DNA from: Longimicrobiales bacterium
GTDB lineage: Bacteria; Gemmatimonadota; Gemmatimonadetes; Longimicrobiales; Gaopeijiaceae
Length of the DNA: 64,000 nt
Assembly (NCBI GenBank): GCA_965204735.1
Contig: OZ242008.1
Coordinates: forward strand, 3,776,001 to 3,840,000
Direction of reading: 5' to 3'
Position 1 is the first letter of the stretch. Every line of letters begins with the position of its first letter. The position numbers and the translations under genes were made by a program. The notes under the pieces were generated by a model. That model saw only the letters and a program-made list of their open reading frames with translations. It was not told the DNA's origin and did no database searches. Shown one piece after another: positions 47,378 to 56,519 of the stretch.

Positions 47378-49168
47378 TCATGCCGTGTCGTCGACGACTT
47401 CGCACTTCTTGCATATCCACACCAGCCCGTAGCCGAGCGAGGACATGTCCAGGGCCCCGAGCTCGGCCGACACCTTGGCGCCGGCTCGGTACTGGGGCGC
47501 CGAGAGAGTCTCGCTCTCGATCCAGAACGTGTAGCTGAGCAGCTGGCGGTCGGTGGAGTGGTGGATGGTGACCTTTCCCCAGCTTCCGTAGCCGAGCGGG
47601 CCCAGCATCTTCTTCGCCAGCGTCCGGCCGAAGTCGGTCAGGTCCCGCACCCGGAAGGCGCTGAACGTGCTCATGCGGTGAATGACTTCCCGCACGGTGC
47701 CTTCGACGACGACCTTGTCCGTCGCGTCGTCGGGCCCTACGGCCTTGATGGGGTTGTCCGCCCGCGGCGTGCTGGGCAAGGGCTCGGCTCTTGGCGCTTC
47801 GGGACGCCGCACGGTGGGGCGTCCCCGCCACAACCACTGCCGCAAGTCGTCGAGCTCGGCGGGCCGCAGCGGGCGACCGTCGATCGTGCGCCGCGTATTG
47901 CTCAGCACTTTGTTGCAAACGTCCTCGGGCGCCGGCGGCAGCTTCGCCCACTTCGTCCACTCGAGATGGACCCTGGTTCGCGCAAGAATCTGCCGGATGT
48001 CCGACTCCCGGGCCTGCATCCCTTCACGGAGCAGGCGCGAGTGGCACCACGAGACGCAATCGTCCTCTTCGTACTGGGCGGCCGGCCGTTGCCCCCTGCT
48101 TCGCACGTACGACTCCAGCGCCGCGAAGACGGCCCAGTACTCTCGAGCTCCGACTTGAGGCAGGATCGTGTCCCGCAGCAGGGTGGCCAGCGTCTCGGAC
48201 ATCGGGGCCGCCGGGACGGCCAGCGGTCTCGGCCGGGCGTGAGCCGCAGGATCCCATATGTAGCCGCCGGAGATGCGGCAGGTCGAAGCCAGCTCCGTGG
48301 TCTGCAGAAACCCTCCCAGCGAACTGTGGCCAAACCACGATTCGGGCGTGCCGAACTCCTTGCCGATCTTGCCGGCCAATGACGTCAGCGGGATCGCAAT
48401 GCGACTTGCCTGCACGTACTCTCGGGCGGCTGCGACGACCTTGGCTTCGTTCATCCCGTCGGTTCCCGGCGCCTGCCCGTCCGTTCGCTTGGCCTCCTCT
48501 CCGGAGCTGGTGAGGTAGTTGATCAGGTCGAAGCTCTCGTCGGCAATGTTCGCATATGCATGGGCCGCGTTGCCCGCCGAGACGATCATCGTCCTGCATC
48601 CGTGCGCTCGCAGGTGTTGCAGCAAAGGCGTGAAGTCCGCGTCGTCGGACGCGATGACGAACTCGTCGTAAGGCGAGCCAGAGGCTTCGGAGTAGAGAGT
48701 GGAGAGCACGTCCACGACCATGCGGATGTCGGCGGCGTTCTTCATTCCGGCGGTGAGCGCCGGGCAGTCCACGACCTCGAACCCGGAGAGCAGGAGGGCT
48801 TGGCGGAACCGAGAAATGGAGAGCCATTCGCCGGTGCCGTCCTCGTCCCTCACCCCTCCCTTGGGGTTGATGTACGCGCGCCACACCAGAATTTCCCGCT
48901 CGGCGACGCCGGGCGGCAACTTCGTGCTCGCCAAGTCGCCCAGCCACTCGGAGAAGTTCCGCGCCAGCGCGTCGGCAACGTCCGGCCTGCGGCTGTGCAC
49001 GCCGTGGAAAATGTTGTCGAAGTCAACGAAGAGGGCTGAACGGAGCCGCCGGAGTTGCCCGGGTTCTTCGCCCGGCCTCTGGCCCGGTCCCTGCTTCGGG
49101 GCCGGCCGCTCGGCCGGCCGCCGCCCTCTGCGGAAGACGCTGAACAATCGTTCGAAGATTCTTGCCAT
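47378..49168 (-). CDS. NYN (LabA/DUF88 PIN-like) domain protein with LOTUS/OST-HTH and an extra C-terminal domain
   Basis: LFVDFDNI, KNAADIRMVVD, SDDADFTPLL; WFGHSSLGGFL. Confidence 0.85.
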   Translation of the reverse strand: MARIFERLFSVFRRGRRPAERPAPKQGPGQRPGEEPGQLRRLRSALFVDFDNIFHGVHSRRPDVADALARNFSEWLGDLASTKLPPGVAEREILVWRAYINPKGGVRDEDGTGEWLSISRFRQALLLSGFEVVDCPALTAGMKNAADIRMVVDVLSTLYSEASGSPYDEFVIASDDADFTPLLQHLRAHGCRTMIVSAGNAAHAYANIADESFDLINYLTSSGEEAKRTDGQAPGTDGMNEAKVVAAAREYVQASRIAIPLTSLAGKIGKEFGTPESWFGHSSLGGFLQTTELASTCRISGGYIWDPAAHARPRPLAVPAAPMSETLATLLRDTILPQVGAREYWAVFAALESYVRSRGQRPAAQYEEDDCVSWCHSRLLREGMQARESDIRQILARTRVHLEWTKWAKLPPAPEDVCNKVLSNTRRTIDGRPLRPAELDDLRQWLWRGRPTVRRPEAPRAEPLPSTPRADNPIKAVGPDDATDKVVVEGTVREVIHRMSTFSAFRVRDLTDFGRTLAKKMLGPLGYGSWGKVTIHHSTDRQLLSYTFWIESETLSAPQYRAGAKVSAELGALDMSSLGYGLVWICKKCEVVDDTA

Positions 49169-49346
49169 GCCGCTGCTCCCTCGCATGAGACGTTAGTAGT
49201 GGGGCGGCCCCGCGCGCGGGATTTCGCCGCCTGCGGCCCGCCGTGGCTGAATATGGTCGGTCGCTACCGTCGGCAACAGCCGAGCCGGGCGGACGGAGGT
49301 CCTGTTCCGCCATTCCGCCGCCCGGTCGAGCGGATCCGGGAGCGGC

Positions 49347-51065
49347 TCAGCCCGGCGGCGGCGCGTCTTCCAGCTTCGGCGCGACCCGAGCCAGGGTCGC
49401 TTGCTCCAAGTCGTAGGCGTAGGCCAGCAGCTGGGCGTCGGTCCAGAGGTCGCCGACGAAAGCCACGACGAAGGGCGTTCCGTCGCCGTAGTACGCGAAG
49501 GGGACGGTCACGGTCGGCGCGCCGACGTCGTTGACGATGTTGCTGGGGAGCTCGGCGTGGTTGTTGGGACGGTACTCGGGCCGCTCCGGGTCTTCGACCA
49601 GGGGACGGATCGGCTCTCCGGCCTGGGGGAAGAAGAGGCCGTCGAGGCCGTGGGTCTCCATGACCGATCGGAAGAGAGCCCGCAACTCCAGGCGCCACGC
49701 TTGGTAGGCGTCGCCCTCTTCCGTCGCCGTGGGCGCCGCGGGGGCGGGCCGTTCGTCGCGCCCGCGCCCCTGCCGGAACGAGCGGCCGGAGAGGGCTTCC
49801 CACTCCTCTATTGTGCGGAACGCCGCGTCCTCTCCCAACCCTTGCAGGTAGACGAGCATTCCGTGAGGACCGACGGACGGCACCGAGGGGCGCTCGCCGT
49901 ACGCTTCCGCCCAGCCGCTGCCGGCGAAGGGGTCCTCCACCGTCTCCGCTCCTTCCGACTCCAGAGCGCGGACGGCCTGCCGGTACAGCTCCTCCGTTTC
50001 CGGGGCCAGGGGCAGGAAGGTGTCCCGCCAGCCCGGACCGACGAGCCCGAACCGCTTTCCGGCGAGCGCCTCCGTGCCGAGCCCGGCGACGTAGCCTTCC
50101 TCGGGGATGCGGCCGACGGCCGCGTAGGTCGAGGGGTCTTCCGCCGTGGGTCCCGCGATCACGTCCAGCACGGTCGCCGCGTCCCGAACGGTCTTGGCCA
50201 GGGGGCCGACCACGTCCCGGTACGTCGCGTCGATGGGCACCACCCCCTCCAGCGGCGCCGCGCCGAAGGTCGGCTTCACCCCCACCAGCGCCTGGGCGGC
50301 GGCGGGGTTCTGGATCGAGCCGCCGGTCTCGGTGCCCAACCCCAGAACCGCAAAGCTGGCGGACACCGCGGTCGCCGTCCCGCCGCTCGATCCCCCCGGC
50401 ACTCGATCCGGCGCGTACGGATTCAGCGTTTCACCGGCCGCCGTGCTCCGCGTCCGCGTGCCGTGGCCGGCGAAGTCCGGCAGATTGGTCTTGCCCAGGA
50501 CGATCGCTCCGGCCTCCTTCAATCGCTCCACCACCGCCGCGTCGTCGCCGGGAACCATGTCGACGCCCCCGGTCGCCGAGCTGAACCCCGCGAAGCCGGC
50601 GGTCGTGACCATCCCCACGTAGTCCATGTTGTCCTTGATCACCACGGGAACGCCGTGAAGAGGGCCCCGCGGTCCTCGGCGGCGGTACTCCTCGTCCAGG
50701 GCCGCGGCCTGCGCCAGCGCCTCGGGGTTCATGGAGACGAAGGCGTTGTAGCGCCCTTCCCAGCGCTCGATCCGCTCCAGAAAGGCGCTCGTCAGCTGGA
50801 CTGCCGTGTAGCGCGACGCGCGGTAGTCCTCCTGCACCTGGGCCGCAGTGAGCTCCACCACGTCCACCGACCCGCTGCCTGCGGACTCGTGGGCAACGGG
50901 CAAGATCGTCTCTTGAAGCACCGGCTCCCACGCCGTCGCCGAAGGGGCAAGGCCAGCCGTTGCAGCTCCGAAGAGCATCACCGGGACGGCCCGCCGGAGC
51001 AGCGCCGGGACGGTCCGCCGGGCCAGCGCCGGGAAGCGCGCCTGTGGAGTTGGTCGAACGGGCAT
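49347..51065 (-). CDS. secreted amidase-signature family protein
   Basis: GPLHGVPVVIKDN, GKTNLPDF, GGSSGG, GTETGGSI. Confidence 0.92.
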   Translation of the reverse strand: MPVRPTPQARFPALARRTVPALLRRAVPVMLFGAATAGLAPSATAWEPVLQETILPVAHESAGSGSVDVVELTAAQVQEDYRASRYTAVQLTSAFLERIERWEGRYNAFVSMNPEALAQAAALDEEYRRRGPRGPLHGVPVVIKDNMDYVGMVTTAGFAGFSSATGGVDMVPGDDAAVVERLKEAGAIVLGKTNLPDFAGHGTRTRSTAAGETLNPYAPDRVPGGSSGGTATAVSASFAVLGLGTETGGSIQNPAAAQALVGVKPTFGAAPLEGVVPIDATYRDVVGPLAKTVRDAATVLDVIAGPTAEDPSTYAAVGRIPEEGYVAGLGTEALAGKRFGLVGPGWRDTFLPLAPETEELYRQAVRALESEGAETVEDPFAGSGWAEAYGERPSVPSVGPHGMLVYLQGLGEDAAFRTIEEWEALSGRSFRQGRGRDERPAPAAPTATEEGDAYQAWRLELRALFRSVMETHGLDGLFFPQAGEPIRPLVEDPERPEYRPNNHAELPSNIVNDVGAPTVTVPFAYYGDGTPFVVAFVGDLWTDAQLLAYAYDLEQATLARVAPKLEDAPPPG

Positions 51066-51118
51066 CCGCCTACTCTGGCCCGCCCGGGCGCCCACGGCAA
51101 GCATCCGTGGAAGCGCTA

Positions 51119-52978
51119 TGTCGTACCAATTTAGAAATGTCCGGTCTTACCAAGATAGAAATGTCCTCTTTCGGGCGATGTTCGGCGGGAGTCGAACTCG
51201 TGCCCGGGAGAGGAGCGAATGGAGTTGAGCTTGAAGGAGCGGGACCGGATCTCGGTGTTGAGGCAGGTGAGCGAAGGCGTGCTGGCGGCGGCCGACGGCG
51301 CGGCGCGCTTCGGGGTGACGGAGCGTCACTTCCGGCGCGTGCGCCGCCGGTTCGAGGCGGCGGGCGACGAGGTGGTCGTGCACGGGCTCCGGGGTCGGAG
51401 GTCGAACCGGTCGCTGCCGTCGGAGACGCGGGAGCAGGTGCTGGTCATGGCCAGGGACCCCGACTACGCCGACTTCGGCGCCACGTTTCTGGCGGAGCAC
51501 GTCGAGCGGGAGCTGGGCGTGCGCGTCAGCGCGGAGACGCTGCGGGCATGGCGGAAGGGCGCGGGCTTGTGGCAGCGCAAGCGCAAGCGGGCGAAGCACC
51601 GGCGCCGACGGCCGCGTCGCGCCGCGCGGGGCGAGCTGCTCCAGTGGGACAGCTCGGTTCACGCCTGGCTTGAAGACCGGGGGCCGCCCGACCTCGTGCT
51701 GATCGCGCTGCACGACGACGCGACGAGCGGGTTCATGCACGGTCGCTTCGTCGAGCGCGACACGGGCGCCGCGAATCGGCGAGCGATCGTCGAGTGCCTC
51801 GAACGCCACGGCCGTCCGAGGGCGGTGTACGTGGACCACGCGGGCCACTTCGGGCAGCGCCTCGGCCCGGAGGGCAAGCGGACCCGGACGATCATCGGCA
51901 CGGCGCTGGAGAAGCTGGGCGTCGAGGTGGTCCTGGCGAACTCGCCGCAGGCGAAGGGCCGGGTCGAGCGGACGTTCGGCACGGCGCAGGACCGGCTGGT
52001 CAAAGAGATGCGCTTGGCGCGAGTCACCACGCTCGAGGCGGCGAACCGCTACTTGGAGGAGCGGTGGGTTCCGTTCTGGAACGAACGCTTCACGGTGGCG
52101 CCGGCCGATCCCCTCGACGCCCATCGCCCGCTGCCTCAGGACATCGATCTGGAAGCCCTCTTCGCCGAGACGGACACGCGGGTCGTGGCCCGCGACTTCA
52201 CCGTGCGCTTCGAGAACCGCTTCTGGCAGGTCACGGCCCGCGACGCCGAGGCGGCCGGCGTCGCGCCGGGCTCCCCCGTCGTCGTCGAACGGCGCCTCTC
52301 GGGCGAGCTGCGCTTCCGGCATCGCGGCTGCTACCTGACGCCCAAGGCCTTGGGGGCGGTCCGGTCGGCGACGCCCAAGCCGGCGCCGGCGCCCGCGACG
52401 GCCAAGCCCAGGCCCAAGCCGCCGAAGCCGGGAAGGGATCACCCGTGGCGCAAGCACTTCAGCGCCAGCGTGGCCCAGGCCGTGGCCAAGCGGGAACACC
52501 GCGCCGCCCACTCCAACGGGACCGGTCCCGAGCGGTGCAGGACCTCGTCCTGAGCCTGCAGGCGGGGACGGCAGCTCGCACTCCCCTTCCCGCAAAGGTC
52601 GGACGCGACCGCAGTGTCGGCATCCGTGCCTCCGAGGCTTGCCGGCGCTGCGCAGGTCGCTCGGCGCACCACGACCGTCCGAGCTGGCAGGCTCAGTGCG
52701 AACTGCGAGCCATCGGGGCAGCAGTGTCCGGACCCGTCCGCGTTGGCGTCCACCCGGCCAGAGCTTGGCCACGGCGACGACCTCGACTCGCCCGGCCGCC
52801 ACTGGCCTTGAAGCGCCTGGAACAGGGCGCCCGGCGCCGTCCAGCCCAGGCTTGCTGGATCCGCGTGTCCTGCGCCCGACACCTGGCCCCCGGCCTCAGG
52901 AAGAACCCACCGTCCACACCATCAGGGGGGACATTTCTACTTTGGCCAACTACCGGACATTTCTACTTTGGCTTGACA
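51119..52978 (+). mobile_element. IS1202-family (ISNCY) insertion sequence with 17-bp target-site duplication
   Basis: TGTC...GACA ends; TAGAAATGTCC x2 at left (51132, 51156) and inverted x2 at right (52929, 52955); flanking DR CATCCGTGGAAGCGCTA at 51102-51118 and 52979-52995. Confidence 0.93.
51219..52553 (+). CDS. DDE transposase (IS1202/ISNCY, IS481-like fold)
   Basis: AGGAG RBS; HTH; LLQWDSS, VYVDHAG, AKGRVER. Confidence 0.93.
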   Translation: MELSLKERDRISVLRQVSEGVLAAADGAARFGVTERHFRRVRRRFEAAGDEVVVHGLRGRRSNRSLPSETREQVLVMARDPDYADFGATFLAEHVERELGVRVSAETLRAWRKGAGLWQRKRKRAKHRRRRPRRAARGELLQWDSSVHAWLEDRGPPDLVLIALHDDATSGFMHGRFVERDTGAANRRAIVECLERHGRPRAVYVDHAGHFGQRLGPEGKRTRTIIGTALEKLGVEVVLANSPQAKGRVERTFGTAQDRLVKEMRLARVTTLEAANRYLEERWVPFWNERFTVAPADPLDAHRPLPQDIDLEALFAETDTRVVARDFTVRFENRFWQVTARDAEAAGVAPGSPVVVERRLSGELRFRHRGCYLTPKALGAVRSATPKPAPAPATAKPRPKPPKPGRDHPWRKHFSASVAQAVAKREHRAAHSNGTGPERCRTSS

Positions 52979-53004
52979 CATCCGTGGAAGCGCTATATTG
53001 CCGC

Positions 53005-53565
53005 ATGAACGGCGATCCGCAGATGCTGGAGCGATTCGAGTCCGGGCTGACCTTTCCCGACTACCTGGACACCGTCCGGAAGCACCGGGAGCTTTGGAGC
53101 GGCGTGTGGAAGCGGGCGCGCGTTCCCGCCGACCTGCTGGAAAGGGCCCGGGCAACGCCTGGGAAGTGGCGGCTGCTCGCCCTCTCGGAGGATTGGTGCG
53201 GCGACGCCGTCAACATCCTGCCGGTGCTGGCGCGCTTGGCGGAGGCCCTGCCCGCCGTCGAGCTCCGCGTGCTGTCTCGCGACGAGAACCTCGACATCAT
53301 GGACGCGCACCTGACCAACGGTCGCAGCCGCTCGATCCCCGTTGTCCTCGTGCTGGACGAGGCCGGAGCCGAGCGCGCTTGGTGGGGTCCTCGTCCAGCC
53401 GTCCTTCAGCAGTGGGTCATGGACGAAGGGATGAAGATGGAGCCCGGTCCCAGGTACCGGGAGACCCGCGCCTTCTACGCCCGAGACAAGGGAAGGACGA
53501 CCCTCGAAGAAGTCGTCGAGACGATCCGCGGCGCGGCAGCCGCAGAGTCGTCCGCCGCTTGCTGA
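53005..53565 (+). CDS. thioredoxin-family protein (WCGD type)
   Basis: SEDWCGD, RSIP, WGPRP. Confidence 0.88.
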   Translation: MNGDPQMLERFESGLTFPDYLDTVRKHRELWSGVWKRARVPADLLERARATPGKWRLLALSEDWCGDAVNILPVLARLAEALPAVELRVLSRDENLDIMDAHLTNGRSRSIPVVLVLDEAGAERAWWGPRPAVLQQWVMDEGMKMEPGPRYRETRAFYARDKGRTTLEEVVETIRGAAAAESSAAC

Positions 53566-53615
53566 CTTCGCCGCAGCGCAGGCCCGTTCCCGCAGCCTTC
53601 CGGAAAGCCGCCTCC

Positions 53616-55148
53616 ATGCAACCCTTCGTTCAGCTTCGCCGCCGTCGGTCCGCGCGCTCCACCTCGCCGACTTCACCTGCTCGCCGTGCACACGGCGCCT
53701 TCGTTCAGCTTCGCCGCCGTCGGTCCGCGCGCTCTCGGCGCTGGGCGCGTCGGCCGCGCGCAGCCGCTGCGGCGGTCGCCGTCCCGCTTCTGGCGGCCGC
53801 CCCGCTCCTCATGGCCGCGACGGCCCTCGCGCCGGTCCCGGCTCGCGCCCAGACCCAGTCGTACCGAGCCGACCGCCCCTTCGGGACCCTCCGCGAGCAG
53901 GCCAAGGTGCGCCAGGGCTGGCTGATGGAGCGCCTGGAGAAGAACCTGCCCATGCTCATGCGCAAGCACGGCGTGGACATGTGGGTCGTGGCCATGCGCG
54001 AGTACAACGAGGATCCGGTGTTCCGCGCCCTGGTGTCGCCCACGACCTTCGCCGCCCGCCGGCGGACGATCTACGTCTTCTACGACCGGGGGCCCGAGGC
54101 CGGCTTGGAGCGGCTGGCGCTGGGCGGAACATCCCAGGGGGGCGCCTACGAAGCGGTGCGGGCCACGGTCCAGGCCCCGGACGGCCGTTCGGCGGAGCTC
54201 TGGGGCAAGGACCAGTGGAACTTGTTCGCGAGGGTGGCGCGGGAGCGGAACCCCCGGCGCATCGCCGTCAACATCTCCCACGACCACAACTTCGCCGACG
54301 GACTCTCTGCCGGCGAGTGGGAGCAGATGGAGGAAGCGCTGGGAACGGAGATGGCGGGCCGTGTCGTCCGGGAGCCCCTGCTGGCAATCGAGTACCTGGC
54401 CATGCGGGTTCCCGGGATGACCCCCGCGTACCGCCGGATGCAGGCCTTCGTCCACGAGATCATCGGCGCCGCCTTTTCCGAAGTCGTGATCGTTCCCGGC
54501 CGGACCACCACCGCCGACGTGGTGTGGTGGATGCGCCAGCGGGTCCACGACTTGGGAATGGGCTCCTGGTTCCAGCCGTCGGTGTCGGTTCAGCGGCGGG
54601 GCGCCGAGATGGGCGACTCGGTGGCGCCGGTGATCCTCCGCGGCGACGTGCTGCACTGCGACTTCGGACTCGCGGCCCTTGGGATGACCACCGACACCCA
54701 GCACATGGCCTACGTCCTGCGCGAAGGCGAGACCCGAGCTCCGGCCGGCCTGCGGCAGGCGCTGGCCAACTCCAACCGCTTGCAGGACCTCCTGCTGGAA
54801 GAACTCCAGGTCGGGCGAAGCGGCAATCAGATCCTGGCGTCGGTGCTGGAGAGGATGCGGTCGGAGGGGCTCGACGGAACGATGTACACGCACCCCATCG
54901 GCGACCACGGCCACGGCGCCGGCCCTCTGATCGGCCTCTGGGACTACCAGACCGGAGTCCCCGGCCGCGGCGACCCCTTGGTGATCCCGGGCATGTGGTT
55001 CTCGACCGAGCTTCAAGTCACCACTCCCGTGCCGGAGTGGGACGGCCAGCCGGTCCGAATGGCCCAGGAGGAGGAGGCCGAGGTCACGATGGACGGCGAA
55101 GTGCGGTGGATGCTCCGCCGCCAGACCGAGCTCCACTTGGTGCGATAG
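53616..55148 (+). CDS. secreted M24 family (Xaa-Pro) aminopeptidase
   Basis: HCDFG, TDTQH, HPIGDHGHGAGP, STEL, QEE. Confidence 0.88.
   Translation: MQPFVQLRRRRSARSTSPTSPARRAHGAFVQLRRRRSARSRRWARRPRAAAAAVAVPLLAAAPLLMAATALAPVPARAQTQSYRADRPFGTLREQAKVRQGWLMERLEKNLPMLMRKHGVDMWVVAMREYNEDPVFRALVSPTTFAARRRTIYVFYDRGPEAGLERLALGGTSQGGAYEAVRATVQAPDGRSAELWGKDQWNLFARVARERNPRRIAVNISHDHNFADGLSAGEWEQMEEALGTEMAGRVVREPLLAIEYLAMRVPGMTPAYRRMQAFVHEIIGAAFSEVVIVPGRTTTADVVWWMRQRVHDLGMGSWFQPSVSVQRRGAEMGDSVAPVILRGDVLHCDFGLAALGMTTDTQHMAYVLREGETRAPAGLRQALANSNRLQDLLLEELQVGRSGNQILASVLERMRSEGLDGTMYTHPIGDHGHGAGPLIGLWDYQTGVPGRGDPLVIPGMWFSTELQVTTPVPEWDGQPVRMAQEEEAEVTMDGEVRWMLRRQTELHLVR
53623..53734 (+). repeat. 37-bp perfect direct repeat, 75-bp period, in frame
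   Basis: CCTTCGTTCAGCTTCGCCGCCGTCGGTCCGCGCGCTC at 53623 and 53698 (FVQLRRRRSARS twice). Confidence 0.9.
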
Positions 55149-55223
55149 CGGCAGCAGAGCCTTGAGCGACCCGGCGCCAGGCCAGCCCGAGCAATAGGAT
55201 GCGGTCCGCGCCGGCCCGCCGGA

Positions 55224-56519
55224 TCAGCTCCGGCGCCGCGTGCCGATCCTCGCCTCCGCCGCGCGGGCGTGGGCTTCCATGCCTTCCATGCGGGCCAGGG
55301 CAGCGGCGTCGCTGGCGACCGCCTCGAGTTCGGGACCGCGTTCCATGCGGAGCCAAGTGGGACGCCGCATGAACGAGAACACCGAGAGGCCGCCGGCAAA
55401 GCGCGCCGTCCCTCCTGTGGGCAGGGTGTGGTTGGGGCCGATTCCGTAGTCGCCCAGCACTTCCGCCGCGTCGTGGCCGACGAAGACGGCGCCGTAGGCG
55501 TCCAGCGACTCGGCCCAGCGATCGGCTCGACTTCCGTGGACCTCCAGGTGCTCCGGCGCCAGCTCTTGGCAGCACCGCAGCGCCTCCTCTTCCGGGGCGA
55601 CGACGGCGAATCCGTTCCGGAGCGCCGCCGCAGCCGCGTCGACGGTGGGCAGCGCCGGCAGCTGGCGGGCCAGCTCCTCGTCCACTTGGGCGGCCAGCGA
55701 CTTGGAAGTGGTGATCAGGACCGGAAGCGCGGCGGCGTCGTGTTCCGCCTGGGCCAGCAGGTCGGCGGCGATCAGAGCCGGGTCGCCGGCCTCGTCGGAG
55801 AGCACGACCAGCTCCGAAGGACCGGCCAGCAGGTCGATCCCGACCACCCCCGAGAGCAGCAGCTTGGCGCCGGTCACCCACTGGTTGCCGGGGCCGGCCA
55901 CGACGTCGCAGCGGGGCATCGGCGCCACGCCGTACGCCATCGCGGCCACGGCTTGGGCGCCCCCGGCCGCCAGCAAGCCGTTCGCCCCGGCGGCGGCGGC
56001 AGCAGCCAACGTCTCCCGGGAGGGGTCCGGCGACGCCACCCAGACTTCGCTCACGCCCGCCGCGCGGGCCGTCACCGCCGTCATGAGGACCGAGGACGGA
56101 AGGGGGAAGCGTCCCCCGGGGGCGTAGCAGCCAGCCACTCGCACGGGCACCAGCGCGTCGCCCGCCCAGCCGCCCGGGACCCTGGCGCGAACCGGCGCTG
56201 CCGACGCCAGCTGGGCCTTGGCGAACTCCCCGATCCGTCGTGCCGTCCGCTCCAGAACGCGCCGGTCGGCGTCCCCCATGGAAGCCAGGGCTTCCGTCAA
56301 GTCGTTCCGGGTGCGGAGGAGCGGCGCGGCCGGGCGCAGACGGTCCCAGCGCTCGGCATACGTCCGCAGCGCCTTGCTTCCGCCGTCCCGGACCTCGGCG
56401 ACGATCTTCGCGATCCGGGGAAGGAGCTCCTCCGCCACCGCCGGCGGTCGGGCCCGTCGCGCGTCCGGCGGCACCACCCGCCGGAGGAGAGGGCTCGACG
56501 ACCCGGCACGGGGACTCAC
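55224..56519 (-). CDS. hisD: histidinol dehydrogenase
   Basis: YAPGG, GPGNQWV, AGPSE, QAEHD, APEHL, DYGIGPNHTLPT. Confidence 0.95.
   Translation of the reverse strand: MSPRAGSSSPLLRRVVPPDARRARPPAVAEELLPRIAKIVAEVRDGGSKALRTYAERWDRLRPAAPLLRTRNDLTEALASMGDADRRVLERTARRIGEFAKAQLASAAPVRARVPGGWAGDALVPVRVAGCYAPGGRFPLPSSVLMTAVTARAAGVSEVWVASPDPSRETLAAAAAAGANGLLAAGGAQAVAAMAYGVAPMPRCDVVAGPGNQWVTGAKLLLSGVVGIDLLAGPSELVVLSDEAGDPALIAADLLAQAEHDAAALPVLITTSKSLAAQVDEELARQLPALPTVDAAAAALRNGFAVVAPEEEALRCCQELAPEHLEVHGSRADRWAESLDAYGAVFVGHDAAEVLGDYGIGPNHTLPTGGTARFAGGLSVFSFMRRPTWLRMERGPELEAVASDAAALARMEGMEAHARAAEARIGTRRRS

Noticed and set aside
51090..51118. Xer/dif-site targeting by the IS1202 element
   Set aside because: No XerC/XerD-like site adjacent, and the Xer-targeting subgroup makes short (5-6 bp) duplications
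53623..53734. 37-bp repeats with a 38-bp spacer resembling a mini CRISPR array
   Set aside because: Only two copies, in frame within a coding N-terminus, no CRISPR-like terminal motif and no cas genes in the window
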